NCBI GenBank assembly: GCA_964016885.1
Contig: OZ024745.1
Location: forward strand, 33,914,001-33,978,000
Source: Eledone cirrhosa
Taxonomy: Eukaryota
Length of the DNA: 64,000 bases
Direction: 5' to 3'
Both the position numbers and the translations under genes were made by a program. Shown here one piece after another: positions 38,036 to 52,684 of this stretch. Under the pieces are notes generated by a model that was not told the DNA's origin, did no database searches, and worked only from the letters and a program-made list of their open reading frames with translations. Each line of letters opens with the position of its first letter. Position 1 is the first letter of the stretch.

Positions 38036-40473
38036 TGTTTTTTATATGTTAATTTATGATCGTATTTATAGTTGGGTGTATTGATATTTCAATTTATATA
38101 TAAGCTTTTGGCATAGTTTGCCTTAGTATCGAGTGTCATGAACGTTACTAAATTTGGACATTACCGGTAACTGAGGTAGCTGTGATATGATCACAGCTTA
38201 AAATGGCCACAAATAAACATAGTGTATATGCAATTATATACGCTTCTAATTTGAATAACAGTGCTAATTTATTAATTGTATACTCCTAATTAAACAATGT
38301 AAACAAATTGTTCTGTTTTGATACCTTCCTGACTAACATTCTTCCCCAATATCTCTGTTGGTTAAGATTCCTTTCATGTTAGTCAAGTGCCTGCCGCTTG
38401 AGAATCACTAGGCTTGATAGGACGCTGCATCCTGCAATCTTAGCTATCTAGCAATCTAAATATCGAAAGAACAGCAATGAAATGACAGAATCTGTAGAGG
38501 GATCTACAAAATACATTATGTATATAATGCTAACATTATGATTTTAAATCCCATTATGCAACCTTTTGCTTTTCATCCTCCAGGAATCGATGGAATAAAG
38601 TACCAGTGAAGTACGGCGGTCGATAAAATCAATCGTATTCCCTAAAAACACGTATAGCATATGTACGATATCATAACTATTTGTTATTTATGGATTTTCA
38701 TTCTATTCAGAGGAGCTTCACTAATTCTATTAAACTAAATATTTTGTGACGTAAATCAGTTTTTTATTGTTAATAATTAATGTTATCGTATCTAGGAACA
38801 AAATGCAATCATTTTACATTAGATATCCCCTCTCTAGGGATATATATATATATTAGACATTTGCAGACAAAATAGTTAGAAAACTCATACAAACGGCTAC
38901 GTAAATGATTGTTGAAAGAGACTCACATAGTGATAGTCTTTTATATATATTTCCGTTAGTAGTGGTAGCAGGGATGACAGTTGAAATATCTATTTAAAGA
39001 AGTAACATGATTCACACTGACTGCATTACATAACAGTCCTATAGATTATCTATATATCGAAATAAAAATACTCAAAATGATAGACCTCGAGGACATAGAA
39101 GTGGCAGAGTTTGGTGCTGGAAAAAGTCTAACTTTCACGGACATGTACCTTAAAGACTCAAACCAACGAGAGAGCGTTGATTCCTTTCTTATTACTTAGT
39201 TAAGGAGAGAAGGGTAGTGTGCGGGTTTTCAGGGCCTTCGAGACTGGTAAAAGTATCCCCAGCCAGAGACTTTGTCGGATACTTGAAACGGTGTGCACCA
39301 CTCTAAGGGCACCCAAAACCAGGCGGTGGCGTGAAAACAGGCGACCAATTATGTCAACCACTCAAGTAGGCCAACACAAGATTTGAATTTGGAACGTAAA
39401 GAGCCGAAATAAATACCTCAAGGCATCTCGAGCGAGGCTTTAACAATTCTACTAATCCACCGACTTGAAAGGTTGAAAGACAAAGTTTACTTTACCAGAA
39501 TTTGAACTCAGAAAGCAGAGAACCAGAAAGGTATTGTCCTACGTTCCAATGGCTTCCTCCATTCGTTGCCATGTACTCATTGGTACGCTATGGTTATAAG
39601 TATAAAAAAACAAAAACAAAACAAAAAAAAAACAAAAAAAAAAACAAAGAAATAGAGCTGTCACGGTTCGAACTACGTGTTCAGACTTTTTTTTAACCAA
39701 AGCTGGCCTGGGGCTTAACAATATTCAGATCTAAAACACCATCTTCTAAGTGCACAATCATTCACAAGCAGTTTACTAAACATTCTGGGATATACATCAT
39801 CAGAAATAAGTATAAATAAACAACAAGTATCGCGATCTGACTTAACCTAAATTATCCACTTCTACTTCAAGCGTAGAACATGAGAAAAAGAACTAGGTGT
39901 GGTATTAGGTTGGAAGCAAATTCTACACACTTGGCTGGATAGTATATCTCAGCTGCACCTTGAGAACAAGAAGGCAAAAGCATTGCTTCCGCGAACAACC
40001 AGCGATATCCACTGTATTACCCATTCTATATCGCGCGACTCTGATCTGATTTCTAGAGACATGTTAGTGACGAAGAGAGAATGATTAACCACAAGGAATT
40101 TAATGTATATGCTGCGTTACTTTCGGCAAATATATCAAGCGCTTTATGACAAAATATAAAGCAAGTCAACAATTAACTTCCTCTGCTAGAGAAAAATATG
40201 TCAGTGCTCCTGTAAATTAATACGCATGATCAACTATACTCCACTATGGAAATAGGCCTAGCCTTGCTCGATCGTACTTACATTGTGCAAAAAGTAGTGC
40301 TGACTACGTTCTCCGAGCAAGTAGGAGAAGGTAACTAAATCCAGATGACAGCTTTGACGAAAGCCGGAACTATTCGATTCGTCGATTCAATCTGTCTCGC
40401 TGGCTGCATCAACACCTGTAGTTGTCTATTTTAAACAGCCAAGCTAAAACGTGATAGTAGTTCTGTTTACAAA

Positions 40474-40513
<40 letters not shown>

Positions 40514-40701
40514 TAGCGGAGCTACCCGGCTTCGCTCAGTGTTAAAAAGCTTATTTAGAAAAGAATAATATTAACATTTTAATCGTTATTTAAAAACTTC
40601 TGTAATTTAGTTTCTATTTTTTAGATTTTAACATTTATCTTTAAATGACTGAATGACTGACGAATTTAAAGAAAATTCGTTATAAGAACATTTAATTTGT
40701 T

Positions 40702-43700
40702 TTACTGAAGTGCTTTTGGATACACAATGTTTTTTGTTTTTCCTTCTGGTGCGTACACGAATAAATCAGAAGGTTTACCGACGCGTGAGCAAGCCACATA
40801 CAGCTGTCCATGTGAGAAGCATGGATTTTCTAAATTTAGTCCACACACTTGTAGCGATTGTCCTTGTGCTTTGTTGATAGTCATTGCAAAGGCGAGTCGC
40901 ACCGGAAACTGCAAACGTTTGAAATCGAATGGCGTATCTGTTGGAATGATTGGGATGCGTGGCAAGAGTACATCTTCTCCTTTAAATTTTCTATTTAAAA
41001 TTGTAGCCTCGATGATATTGTTCATCGTCTTTTTCACTGAAAGTCTGGTACCGTTGCAAAGTTGTGGTGGATTGATGTTTCGGAGAAGGGTGATAGGCAC
41101 GCCAATTTTCAATGTTAAAATGTGCGGTGGCATGCCTGGCAAATCAAGTGAATTCAAGAATTCAATTGGATAATTGATAATTTCGTCTTGATTCATTACA
41201 GTATCGATGGACTTATACGTTGTCGCTTCGCCTGGTATTTCGTTTTGAATGCTGAAATTAATGGCATTGACATCGGTGTTTTTGGCTGCTAATATAGCAC
41301 GTACACTGAGCCACTGATGATTTTTGTAATGCTGCGCAATATTTGGGAACACTTTGTGAATCAGTTCGTCTCTGGTTGCCGTGATTCTACAGAAGTTTGT
41401 TGGCAATGTGATACATTTTGTGGAATCATCGATTACCATTTTCCCATTCCCAATATCCAGCAATTGTTTTGTGAAACGTTCAGCGGATGCGTCATTTTGT
41501 AGTTGTACACGCATATTGTTTTTTAAAGTTAATTTCTGTACGTGTCGCCATAAAACTGATGATTTGAGACATGCATTAAGCTCATCAGCGGGTGTTGATC
41601 GCGGTATAACTGGTAGAGTTTGTCGAAAATCACCAGACAATAAAATGAGTGTGCCACCGAAGAGCTGTTCATTTCCTTTCAAATCTTTTAGCGTATTATT
41701 AAGCGCTTCCAATGATTTTTTGTGCGCCATAGTACATTCGTCCCATATAATGATTTTACATTATTGGAGTACTTTACCTATACCAGAATTTTTGGTAATA
41801 TTGCATGTTGATGTCTAAGCGATTTGCATATTCAATGGCAATTTCAGGGCTGAATGTGCTGTTCGGCCACCATCTAAAAGAGTTGCCGCAATTCCAGATG
41901 ATGCGATTGCCAGTGCAATATTATTTTCTGATCGTATAGTTGCCAAAATAAGTGAAATGAGAAAAGTTTTGCTTGTACCACCGGGCGCATCTATAAAATA
42001 CAATCCGCCGCTTTGACTTATAATTGCCTGCATAATTTGGTCATATACTATGCGTTGTTCTGGTAGCAATTTGGGAAGATTCGTTTGAACAAATGTACCC
42101 AATTCGGCGACATCAAAGTTTGTTTCTCGTTGCAAATCACGATCGAAAATGTCGTTTACAGATCGATTCGGCGCAGGCATTCCCAATTGTACCAATGTTT
42201 TGTTAGCGATTGCTAAACATATGACCTCAATGGAAACCAATGCTTCATTATACACATTTGGTGTGAATTGAATATTCATATTTTGATTTGTTGCACGCAA
42301 ACGATGTAGGATGTCTTCACTCATGTAGTCTTTATATTTTTCCCAAAGATCTTTTGGATTTGATGGCAAGCACGTTGTCAATATTATTGAGAATAATGTG
42401 CGTATTTGCTTTGGTCGAACAGTATTCGATGCATAAGCGAGTGAAGTGTCCCAATGTCCATCATTTTCAAGAAGATTTAATTCTTGGCAAGCTTCACGAT
42501 GAGTGGCACATACTTGACCGTTTACTGTTCTCAATTCTTGGAATGATGTCGGTCCACGTACGTTAATTAACAACAATCGCAAATAAAAGCATTCTGCATT
42601 ATTTGGGTGAACAGTGTACAAACGGCCTAACGCGTCGGTCGAATATAAATTTGGATGTCCTTCAACTACTTTACCCTGTTTGCGACGTTTAAACTTTTTC
42701 GTTGGTGTATTCCATGTGTAATATGTTGGCACTTCAGAATAAAGTAGTGTCTTTGCAAACACATCTTCGCTGCACAATGAGAAAAACGCAGTTAACGTTG
42801 TTGGCGGTGGTGTCAGTGCCCTTGCACGTACATTTTCAGTTGTGAAGTATACGCGCTGTCCATTTTCAAGGTGCACCGCCAAATGAACAACTGTTGGATG
42901 TCGATGATGGATTGGAAATTATAAAATGCGCCATACTGCTTCATTACTACTAATGTAGCGTCCCAGTTGGTATTGGTCGATTTCATCGATAGGTGTAGTT
43001 GCATTGCACACTCCAAAGACTGCCATATCGCTTCCTTTGTTGATATATTTGCAAATGTACTTGATCGCTTTCACCGAATTGCAATACTCGACATTGATGT
43101 GTGCTTTGAACGTCTTCGAGAGTAACGGTGAATATGGTACAATCCAACGATTATTGACTTCAACATAATTGTTTCGTACTTTTAAAGTGATGGATTTGCC
43201 GCCATCTTCAGTTGCTCGTCGACGATAGAGTGGATATCCGTCATTGCCAGTGATAGTGTCGGCAAGTAAGTCTTTTGGGTATTGTTTCGTACATTTCCCA
43301 TCAGACATGCATGGTGAATTGTTGTTGAGTAAGCCACATGGACCATGAATCATGTTTTTAGTGATGACTTCAAATAAGTCTGGATCAACGTTGACATCTG
43401 GTATTTCTGCTGAGATGATTTGATCAATTTGATCTGGTGTGATTTTTTCAATCAACCAAATCAAAATGTGTGCATGTGGCAATCCTCTTTTTTGCCATTC
43501 AATGGAATACATCCAACAGCGTGTCTCTCCCAAAACATGATGCTTGACAATGAAATCGATTAAAGATTTCAATTTTTGTTTGAACACACGCGCTGTAATA
43601 TCATGACGATCCGAAGATGATTGACCAGGTAACAAAAGTTCTTTAATTTCATCCCACGTAGGATTGCATGTGAATGTAATGAACAAATCTGGACGGCCAT

Positions 43701-45084
43701 ATGCGCGAACATATGTCATTGCATCTTGTGCGTATTCATGCATGTGCCGTGGACTCCCTGTAAATGTAGCCGGCAATATGACCATTTTCCCCAATTCATT
43801 AGGATTCATATTGCCATCATTAAGAATGGCATCACGTAAATGAATGTACTCTTCTGAACGTAGCTTGGTTTGATTCAATCGAATGTAGAGAAGTCGTTCG
43901 GTTTCGATTTTTGCATACATATCGACAATGTATTGATGGAACAATTGTCGACATTTCAAAATATGATTTTCACCGTTTTCACGAATCATTAATCTATATG
44001 AATAATAATTCATGGCACTGACTTTCTTATTCGTTTCCTCATCTGTTTCTGGATTTCTCAGTTTGATGTTGAAATGTTATCCATCTTCTCCTTGCCAAAA
44101 TAAAATTGGATATTGCAATCCATCGTATGACCGATGCGTTTCTGAGACTCGCTGAACATCACCATTTCTGCGGTGAAGAATTATATCACGCGAGTTAAAT
44201 TCTTCACCTACTATAACGATCGCCACTTCATCAATTGTTGGTGCATTGTACTGTCTTTGATGTTGGCCAACAGGTGTTTTGTCTGCTCTAACTACAATTG
44301 TGTAGTCATCATTTGGCATTTGTTCCAGGGCAGCTCTGAACAATCTAATTAATTTGTTGTGTTGATTGAATAAAGTTTGTAATGCAGTAACAATTTCTCG
44401 TTTAGTTCCCCTATTGAATTTGCAACGTTGATCTATTTGGTCATCAGTGTTTCCAATGAAATAAATTTGAAGAAATGTGTGATCTGCGTCCGGCAGTGGT
44501 AGTAGTGATCCAGCACGATGATAAATTTGCCCTTGCACTTTGAATGTTGGCATGTAATTCTCGCGCACGATATTTGTTGCACCGAACGATGTCATTTGGA
44601 AACATGAATTGTACTTGCGTATGTTTGCCAAGAAATGTTTAGATTCGCTTGTGTCACCTGATACTAACGTTGATAATGGTTCAGGTGGTGGATGTAATTC
44701 TGGCAATTTCACTTTTCCACCCGAGCAGCACATTCCTGGTGTTTCATTTTTAAATTTGAGGGCACCACAATACCCGCATAATTTATCCATTTTTCCAATA
44801 ATCACACTTGGATGAAGACTGTAATCACAATTTGAATCGTAATGAAATGCACCAAGATTGAAATCATCGTGCAGTATTCTTCTTGTGAGAGCATTGCGTA
44901 GTCGATTCGTTTCCAATCTTGCTTTCCGTTGCTCGTCTGTTTCAGATGAACGGGCTTGAGCAGTTCTTACTCGAACGGTTTCCAATCGTGATTCCCGTTG
45001 CTCGTATGTTTCTGAAGCTCGTAATGCATATTTTTTCGTTGCTTGAGGGGTAGATTGACCAATCGCTCGTCGTTTGGGAGGCAT
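40702..45084 (-). pseudogene. Helitron RepHel (HUH Rep plus PIF1-like helicase), 1461 codons with four in-frame stops
   Basis: CGYC..MCC Zn motif; PDLFITFTCNP, EWQKRGLPHAH, KYICKY (Rep); APGGTSKT, IIWDE, GDFRQ, TINKAQGQS, HGQLYVACSR (helicase). All four listed ORFs share one frame. Confidence 0.95.
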
Positions 45085-45386
45085 AATTGAATAGAAAATA
45101 TTTTATCACAATCACTCTACCGAAATGAGAAGTAGTGTGAAATACGTATGAAGAACTCAATGTAATCGAAATGTAGAAGGAGTCATAACCAATATGTATG
45201 TGTTGATTGATGATATAAACAATTGTAAAAACAGAGTGAAAATAATACAAATTATTCAGACAAAATAACACGTACCTCAGTCCTTCATCAGAAAATTACA
45301 GTATATAAGGAAAATGGATCATGGTATTATAAGTGATCATTGTTTATGTGGTAGGGTAATAAAACTAAAAATATAAAACCAAAGTA

Positions 45387-46190
45387 TGAAGAAATAAGTA
45401 GTAACTTCTATAGAGATAAAGGTAGGGAAGGTAAGCTGCTGGTGTAAGTCCAGGTCAGGAAAATAAGGACAGACGAAATGAAGATATCAAATTACAGCAG
45501 TTAGTGGCTATAAGATAGCTAGAGTAGAAATTCTAGTGATTGGCTATAAGATAGCTAGAGTAGAAATTCTAGTGATAATAGTGGAAGAGAGATATAATAT
45601 TTTAAGAATATTAAAACACCAAGGTATTATAATATTTTAAGAATATCAAAACACCAAGGTATTAAAAAGGAAACCCAGAAACGGTATATGGAGAAATGAT
45701 GAAAAACAGGAAAAAACTCTATATAGATACATAGACTAAAAGAAAAGGATGAAGAAATAAGTAGTAACTTCTATAGAGATAAAGGTAGGGAAGATAAGCT
45801 GTTGGTTTATGTCCAGGTCAGGAAAATAAGGACAGACGAAATGAAGATATCAAATTACAGCACTTAGTTAAGGGCTAGCTGAAAAAGAATTCCCTGTAAT
45901 GGGAGTGGAAGGGAAGTAATGTGAAACAGACACTATACTAATTCTATTGAAATTATATTAAATTAAAGAGAGAATTTACTAATTCTATTGAAATTATATT
46001 AAATTAAAGAGAGAATACTAATTCTATTGAAATTATCTTTAATTAAAAAGATTTCACACTCGCTCTTTCACTCACTCTTTGTCTATACGTTGATTTCTCT
46101 TTCTCCGTTTATAGCACTCTCTCTTTGTCTATACGTTGCTCTTTCACTCTCTCTTTGTCTATACGTTGATTTCTCTTTCTCCGTTTATAT
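45387..46190. repeat. Direct and tandem repeats in the Helitron 5' region
   Basis: ~120-bp repeat 45387-45505 / 45749-45868; ~36-bp duplications near 45505 and 45593; ~40-bp x3 at 45936-46045; ctctttgtctatacgttg x3. Confidence 0.85.
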
Positions 46191-46235
46191 CTTTGGACAA
46201 ACAAACAAACATACATTCATTTTTATATATATAGA

Positions 46236-46510
46236 TAAGGGAAAAAGATAAAATCGAAAATGCAACTGGAGTCTTTTTTTAAACAAATATATATATTTAT
46301 TTGGTTCCTTTACCGGTTTCGTAGTTCTTCTGCTTTTCACAAGTAGAATTGAGATGGAGGGTTTGTGGTTTTTCTCACCACAAACCCTCCATCTCAACCC
46401 TACTTTTGAAAAGCAGAAGAACTGCGAAATCGGTAAGGAACCAAATAAATATATATATTTAAAAAGAAAAGACTCCAGTTGCATTTTCGATTTCATCTAT
46501 TTTCCTTATA
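46236..46510. mobile_element. Fold-back element, ~133-bp arms, hammerhead motif in each arm
   Basis: Arms meet at gtggt-ttttctc-accac. Plus-arm motif CTT-TTGAAAA-GCAG aagaa CTGC-GAAAT-CG-GTA-AGG (46403-46438); minus-arm motif 46307-46344. Confidence 0.85.
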
Positions 46511-46573
46511 CTTTCACTCGTGTAGGACACCTCGTTTTTTTTTTTCATTTTGTAAAAAACCTCACTTTCTAAT

Positions 46574-46631
<58 letters not shown>

Positions 46632-46635
<4 letters not shown>

Positions 46636-46817
46636 GTTTCTACTTTAGGCACAAGGCCAGCAATTAACCAGTGCATTACTGGTACTTTATTTTATCGACC
46701 CCGTAAGGATGAAAGGCAAAGTCAACCTCGGCGGGATTTGAACTCAGATCGTAAAGGGACGTAACTATGCTGGAAAGCATGGCGTCCGTCCCTCTACCGA
46801 TATTGCCAATCCACCGA
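46632..46817 (-). mobile_element. Full-length SINE family 1 copy
   Basis: Reverse complement closely matches 10470-10655. Confidence 0.88.
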
Positions 46818-47108
46818 TATAATGTGTGTGTGTAAGAAAGTATATTTTTTAAATATTACACATGGGGGAAAAATATAGGAAAATGAAATCGTTTTAAGAA
46901 GATTTATTTGCGAAACTAATACATCACCGCTATTTACAATAAATTTACCGGTTTCACTGTCTCATAATTTTCAAAATTTAAGTCAGATGGAGAGATGTGT
47001 GGATATGTCGTGGTGTGTCCCCCAACTAACTGGGGTTCGGAAATAATTTTCGTTTTATGAAAAAATGCTATTGTTTTGTCGAACCTAGTAACACATAAAC
47101 ACACGCAC

Positions 47109-47235
<127 letters not shown>

Positions 47236-48008
47236 GAATATCCGATGAAACTTGCAGGAAATAATTTTTAACTTCAGATGAATCATTAATAGTTTACACC
47301 TTTGAAGCACTAAAGGAAGATGCTGTAAAAATTGATATAATTTTGTATATACTTTCCGATTTTATTATTTGTTTAATACTAGATAAATCTTGACATACAT
47401 GTGTCAGACAATTTTTCAACATCCCCGAGAGTATATTTATGTTCATTAAGAGATAAATTAAAAATGATTTCCATTCAACCCGATATGATCCTTAGAAACT
47501 GCATTTAAGCTGTAAAAAGGTTTGCACAATAAACTATCACTTCAAAAAACAAATTTTTAATGCACATTTTAGAGGAAGAAAAGAATTATGTGATAGATAA
47601 GAATCGGATGTAGATAGCTCTTTAAAATTTGCAATTTATATAACAGGAATTGTTAAATAAATATGTATTTCGGCATAAGAGAAAATTAATTAAAAATTAT
47701 TTTCACTAGAAATCTTATTGCATCTATGGTTTCCGGATAATTTTTATCAATAAATCAAGCAAATATTTAACGATATCTGTATGTACATTAAAGTTAAATG
47801 GAGCATCACATCAAATAATTTCATGGTTGCAACTCTTCTCTTTCGGAGAATAATTTTTTTGTTATTAGTAGTATCTGCCTTTCATCTTGACTCGGTCGAT
47901 GAAATTATAGTACCAGTAACACACTGGGTCGATTTAATCGACTCCCCCCTCACCTAAAATTGTTAGCTCTGCGCCTCAATCAGAAAACGTTATTATTATT
48001 ATTTGCGT

Positions 48009-48112
48009 GATTACTATAAACTTGTGCATTGTTAGTTCCTTAGGTAGCACCATAAATTTAGAAACCAATCGATGCTACACATTTAGAAAGCCAACTGAAA
48101 AGTTACAAAGCT

Positions 48113-48173
<61 letters not shown>

Positions 48174-48879
48174 TTAGTTTGCTGGTTCACCACTGGATAG
48201 AATTGGTCATTCCGTATTGTCAATCTCGATGTAATATTATGGAGAGTACTCAACGTAATGCAGCTCACCCGTCTTCATTTGGGTAGGTGGTGGTGCGAAT
48301 ACGGAGTTAATTATTATAAATAAAATAACAGAAGGCTGGACTGGTGTAAATCCTTGAAAGGTTTATTATACTATGATCATTTCAATGACAGAGTTCCGTA
48401 TGAATCCGGTGATATCATCAAGTATTCGAAATATAACAAAGGAACATAACAGATAAAATCCATGGGTCCGAAAATCAAAGACAAAGAGGACGACTGACCA
48501 ACTAGCTGCTTTCACCTCAGTCAGTCGCCCTCAAGTGAGGTCAAAGCAGCTAGTTGGTCAGTCGTCCTCTTTGTTTTTGATTTTCAGACCCATGGATTTT
48601 ATATGTTATGTTCCTTTGTTATATTTCGAATACTTGATGATATCACCGGATTCATACGGAACTCGGTCATTGAAATGATCATAGTATAATAAACCTTTCA
48701 AGGATTTACACCAGTCCAGCCTCCTGTTATTTTATTTATAATAATTAACTCCGTATTCGCACCACCAACTACCCAAATGAAGACGGGTGAGCTGCATTAC
48801 GTTGAGTACTCTCCATAATATTACATCGAGATTGACTATACGGAATGACCAATTCTATCCAGTGGTGAATCAACAAACT

Positions 48880-48923
<44 letters not shown>

Positions 48924-49032
48924 AGCTTTGTAACTTTTCAGTTGGCTTTCTAAATTTGTAGCATCAATTGGTTTTTAAATTTATGGTGTTACCTAAGGAA
49001 CTAACAATGCACAAGTTTATATCATAGTAATC
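48009..49032. repeat. ~1-kb palindrome (about 500-bp arms, 16-nt spacer) with a hammerhead motif in each arm
   Basis: 48009-48519 is the reverse complement of 48536-49032 with scattered mismatches, including internal (TA)n tracts. Motifs at 48368-48425 (-) and 48630-48687 (+). Confidence 0.93.
48630..48687 (+). ncRNA. Type I hammerhead motif (U3 variant)
   Basis: ATAC-TTGATGA-tATcACCGgaTTC atacg GAActCGGTcATt-GAAAT-GATC-ATA-GTAT. Confidence 0.78.
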
Positions 49033-49450
49033 CTTTCGTGTAAATGTTCAAATAACTGAAAGATTATATTCTAAAACTGTATAAGTGCTGGGAATATATA
49101 TTACATGATAAACACGAGTCCATCATCACGATATAATCCGTACTGTAAATTATTTAACTTATGAAATAAGTGTAAGATAAAATAAGTGCACTCCCACCAA
49201 AAATCAATCTTAGACATTTCCATAGAGCCTAGGGTATATATTATAACATATGGCAATATTCTTTGGAACGCACAGACTGATAAAAAAAAAAAAGTTCTTG
49301 AGTGGATAGATATGTTGATATCAGAGTCACTTACTGAAATATAATTTTTTGGCGAAAATTAATTTATACGCGCGTGCGCGTGTCTGTATGTATCAGAGTA
49401 ATATATAAACAGTAGTACACATGTTTATGGAATATGTATAGATATATGTA

Positions 49451-49648
49451 TGTCATATGTTTGTAGAACGATATTCTCCACTGTATGCGCATGAAGATTC
49501 ACCGCACGTAAAAGGCCTGTGCGAGGACTTTGTTGAATGAACGGCAGCGCATTGCTCCAGCATATAAGACGTCGGAAAACAAAGGCCATGTAAATTTATA
49601 GTATGTTTGATTGTGTTCTGCACATATAATCCTGCATATCTGATATAT

Positions 49649-49736
<88 letters not shown>

Positions 49737-50150
49737 CAGTTTTTATTTGGAGTACTATTAATATCTGATGAAACACACAAACACTGTGTCCTTGAAATAC
49801 GTATAATAAAATAAATATGGTATAATAAATTAAATATATTTTCCATCGCTCCACATAACAACGTATTGTCTTCGCTTTTTTCCGTTTATTGCCAGGGAAC
49901 GTCTTCACGAACCAAAGTATCGTCTTCCTGTTTTCCTTCGGTTGCAACGTTTTTCGAAATATTTACTACTGCGTTCACAGATTGATTTTTTTAGTTTCAG
50001 AAGATCCTGTTAAGGGTGAAATCAGCGATTCTTTGCTTAAACTTTAATCTGTTATTTTAATAAATATTTTCTCTAGGGTTCTTATATATTTGATATATAT
50101 TTATCCTTGTCGAGCCCTCTTTGGATTTTAGTCTTCATATTTATTATTAT

Positions 50151-50204
<54 letters not shown>

Positions 50205-50393
50205 TATGCAGGATTATAAGTGCAGAACACAATCAAACATACTATAAATTTACATGGCCTTTGTTTTCCGACGTCTTATATGCTGGAGCAATGCGCTGCC
50301 GTTCATTCAACAAAGTCCTCGCACAGACTTTTTTCGTGCGGTGAATCTTCATGCCGCATACAGTGGAGAATATCGTTCTACAAACATATGGCA
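49451..50393. repeat. ~195-bp inverted repeats enclosing two (TA)n tracts and a composite spacer
   Basis: 49451-49645 is the reverse complement of 50199-50393. Confidence 0.9.
49762..49808 (+). ncRNA. Type I hammerhead motif
   Basis: TAT-CTGATGA-aACACA caaacac TGTGTcctt-GAAAT-ACGT-ATA-ATA; palindromic stem III ATACGTAT; stem I only 3 bp. Confidence 0.65.
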
Positions 50394-50919
50394 GTTCCTT
50401 CTGTCTTGTACTCGTAGTCCGTTGAGAATTTCCAGTCGTTAACATGGTGCCAGTGGATTCATCATTATTTCCCCCTTCAAATCCCGCCGAGGTTAACTTT
50501 GCCTTTCATCCTTACGGGGTCGATAAAATAAAGTACCAGTAATACACTGGGTAATTTTCTGGCCTTGTGACAAAAGTAGAAACAATTATTTCCCCCATTT
50601 GGTGAATCTTGGTAGCATCTTTCATTATTGGAACTTATAATAATGTCGCAATATAATAAAGGCAAATCGGAGAGCTAACAGGCAGAGCCTGTGGATTTAG
50701 TCTTTCCTAGCGACACCCGATAATGTTTATCTATACAAAGCTCAATACATTTCTGTTCATAACATCTATAATGTATAAGTATAAACGATATATAACAGGA
50801 TATACCAATTGAGAAACAAGCTACTATTTTATACATATATAGAGAACAAATAATATGTAAATTTAAATACATACTCCTTGTTGTTAAAATGGTCTTCATC
50901 TTTTTTCTTTATATATATA

Positions 50920-50993
<74 letters not shown>

Positions 50994-51194
50994 CGTGCGC
51001 GTGCGTGCGCGCGCGCGTGTGAAGTGAAGAAAACCATGAATTTTCGTTTACATGTATTTAGTTCATTTTTATTGTGTATTTTATTTATATGTTACGCGCA
51101 GGATTGGTTCAAGGTCACCTGTAGAATCTATTGATCTGCTCTTCAGACTAGTGATTCAACCAGAAAATATAGTATTTGTTGTGATCTGTGCGAT

Positions 51195-51309
<115 letters not shown>

Positions 51310-51849
51310 GAGAGAGAAATTACAAATTGACACTTATAAGACAATTATTCAACTTAGTGTTCGATACTCGATGGAAACTGGAGTGTATATATTATGATAA
51401 GCTATTCAGTCCTTACAGTGAGGCGTAAGCTGGGTTTCAGCTTGAAGAAAGGGTTTATAGGAATAATAATAATGATAATTATTATTATTGTTTCTAATTT
51501 AAGCACTGGGCCAAAACAATTGTGGAGAGAAGAGAGTCGATGGCATCAAACCTATTACGTGACTGGTAATTTGTTTTATTGACCCCATAAGGAAGGAAGG
51601 CAAAGCTAACACCAACGGGATTTGAACTCATAATGATAATGTGTGTGTATGTGTGTGGTACCAACACTGGCACTAACAATTTCCTGATAATCGATTTGAA
51701 CGGGACGAAAGCAGAATCGGAAGCAAAGAAGAACAAAATAGCCAATAACAACAGCTACAACAATACCAACAACAACAACAAGAAACACAACAACGGCAAC
51801 AGAATTAATGGTTGTTATAGAAATAGAAAGAATTAAAAAAAAAAAAAAA

Positions 51850-52548
51850 TGACAGAGACTGATAGAGAGTGAGAGAAAGAGTGATAGAGACATGGAGAAT
51901 AGGAAAAAGAAGGAAGGAGTGTGGAAGAGAGATAGATAAAGATATAGTGAAAGCGGAAGAGAGTGGGTGAGAGATAGAAATAGTGAGAGAGTGAGTAAAG
52001 GAACAGAGATAGAAATAGTGAGAGAGTGGGTAAAGGAAGAGAGATAGAGAGATATACATTGAAAGAGGAGGGAGTGGGGATGTTAGATAGTGATAGATTG
52101 ATGAAGGAGGGAGGAGGTGGGGTGGGGTAGGAATTACGCGAGTTAGAGATAGGGAGAGAATGAAGACAGGAAGAGAAATAAAGTTTAAAAAAAAAGGGGG
52201 AGAGTGTCGGGGAAAGTTAGAAATAGAGAGTAAGAAAGATGGGTAGAGGAGAGAGGAATGTGTAGGGGAGAGATAGAGAGATTGAATTAGATAGGGAGTT
52301 AGTAAGAGAAGGAGAGAGATATAGAGACATGTAGAATGGAAGGAGGACAGAAGGAGAGAGATATAGAGACAGGGGTGAAATATGAGGTTCTTGAAAGAGA
52401 ATGAGATGGAGTGAGAGAGAGAATAGGAAGAGTGATAGAGGAAGAGATAGGAAGACAGATAGTGAGAGAGGAGAAAAGAGATTGAAATGGAGTGAGAGAG
52501 GAGGAAAGAGGGATAGAGATACAAAGAAGGAAAGCGAGAGAGGGTGAA
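51850..52548. repeat. Purine-rich (GA) low-complexity tract
   Basis: Direct inspection. Confidence 0.85.
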
Positions 52549-52684
52549 CAGCTTGGTGTGACTCTTGCTAGTGTTGGTCCAGCAAGGAAGAACCAACTGT
52601 AATGGCGAATGTAACACACCAGTTGCTTCGGTCACCTTAACTCAACAATTCTCTTTAACCTTTTCTAGAACTTTTATAATTTGA

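Larger units (their letters stand above)
40513..46235 (-). mobile_element. Complete Helitron (5.7 kb)
   Basis: Minus strand starts TCTATATATATAAAAATG (46235) and ends gcgaagccgggtagctccgCTAG (40513); inserted between A and T with no TSD; encodes RepHel. Confidence 0.95.
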
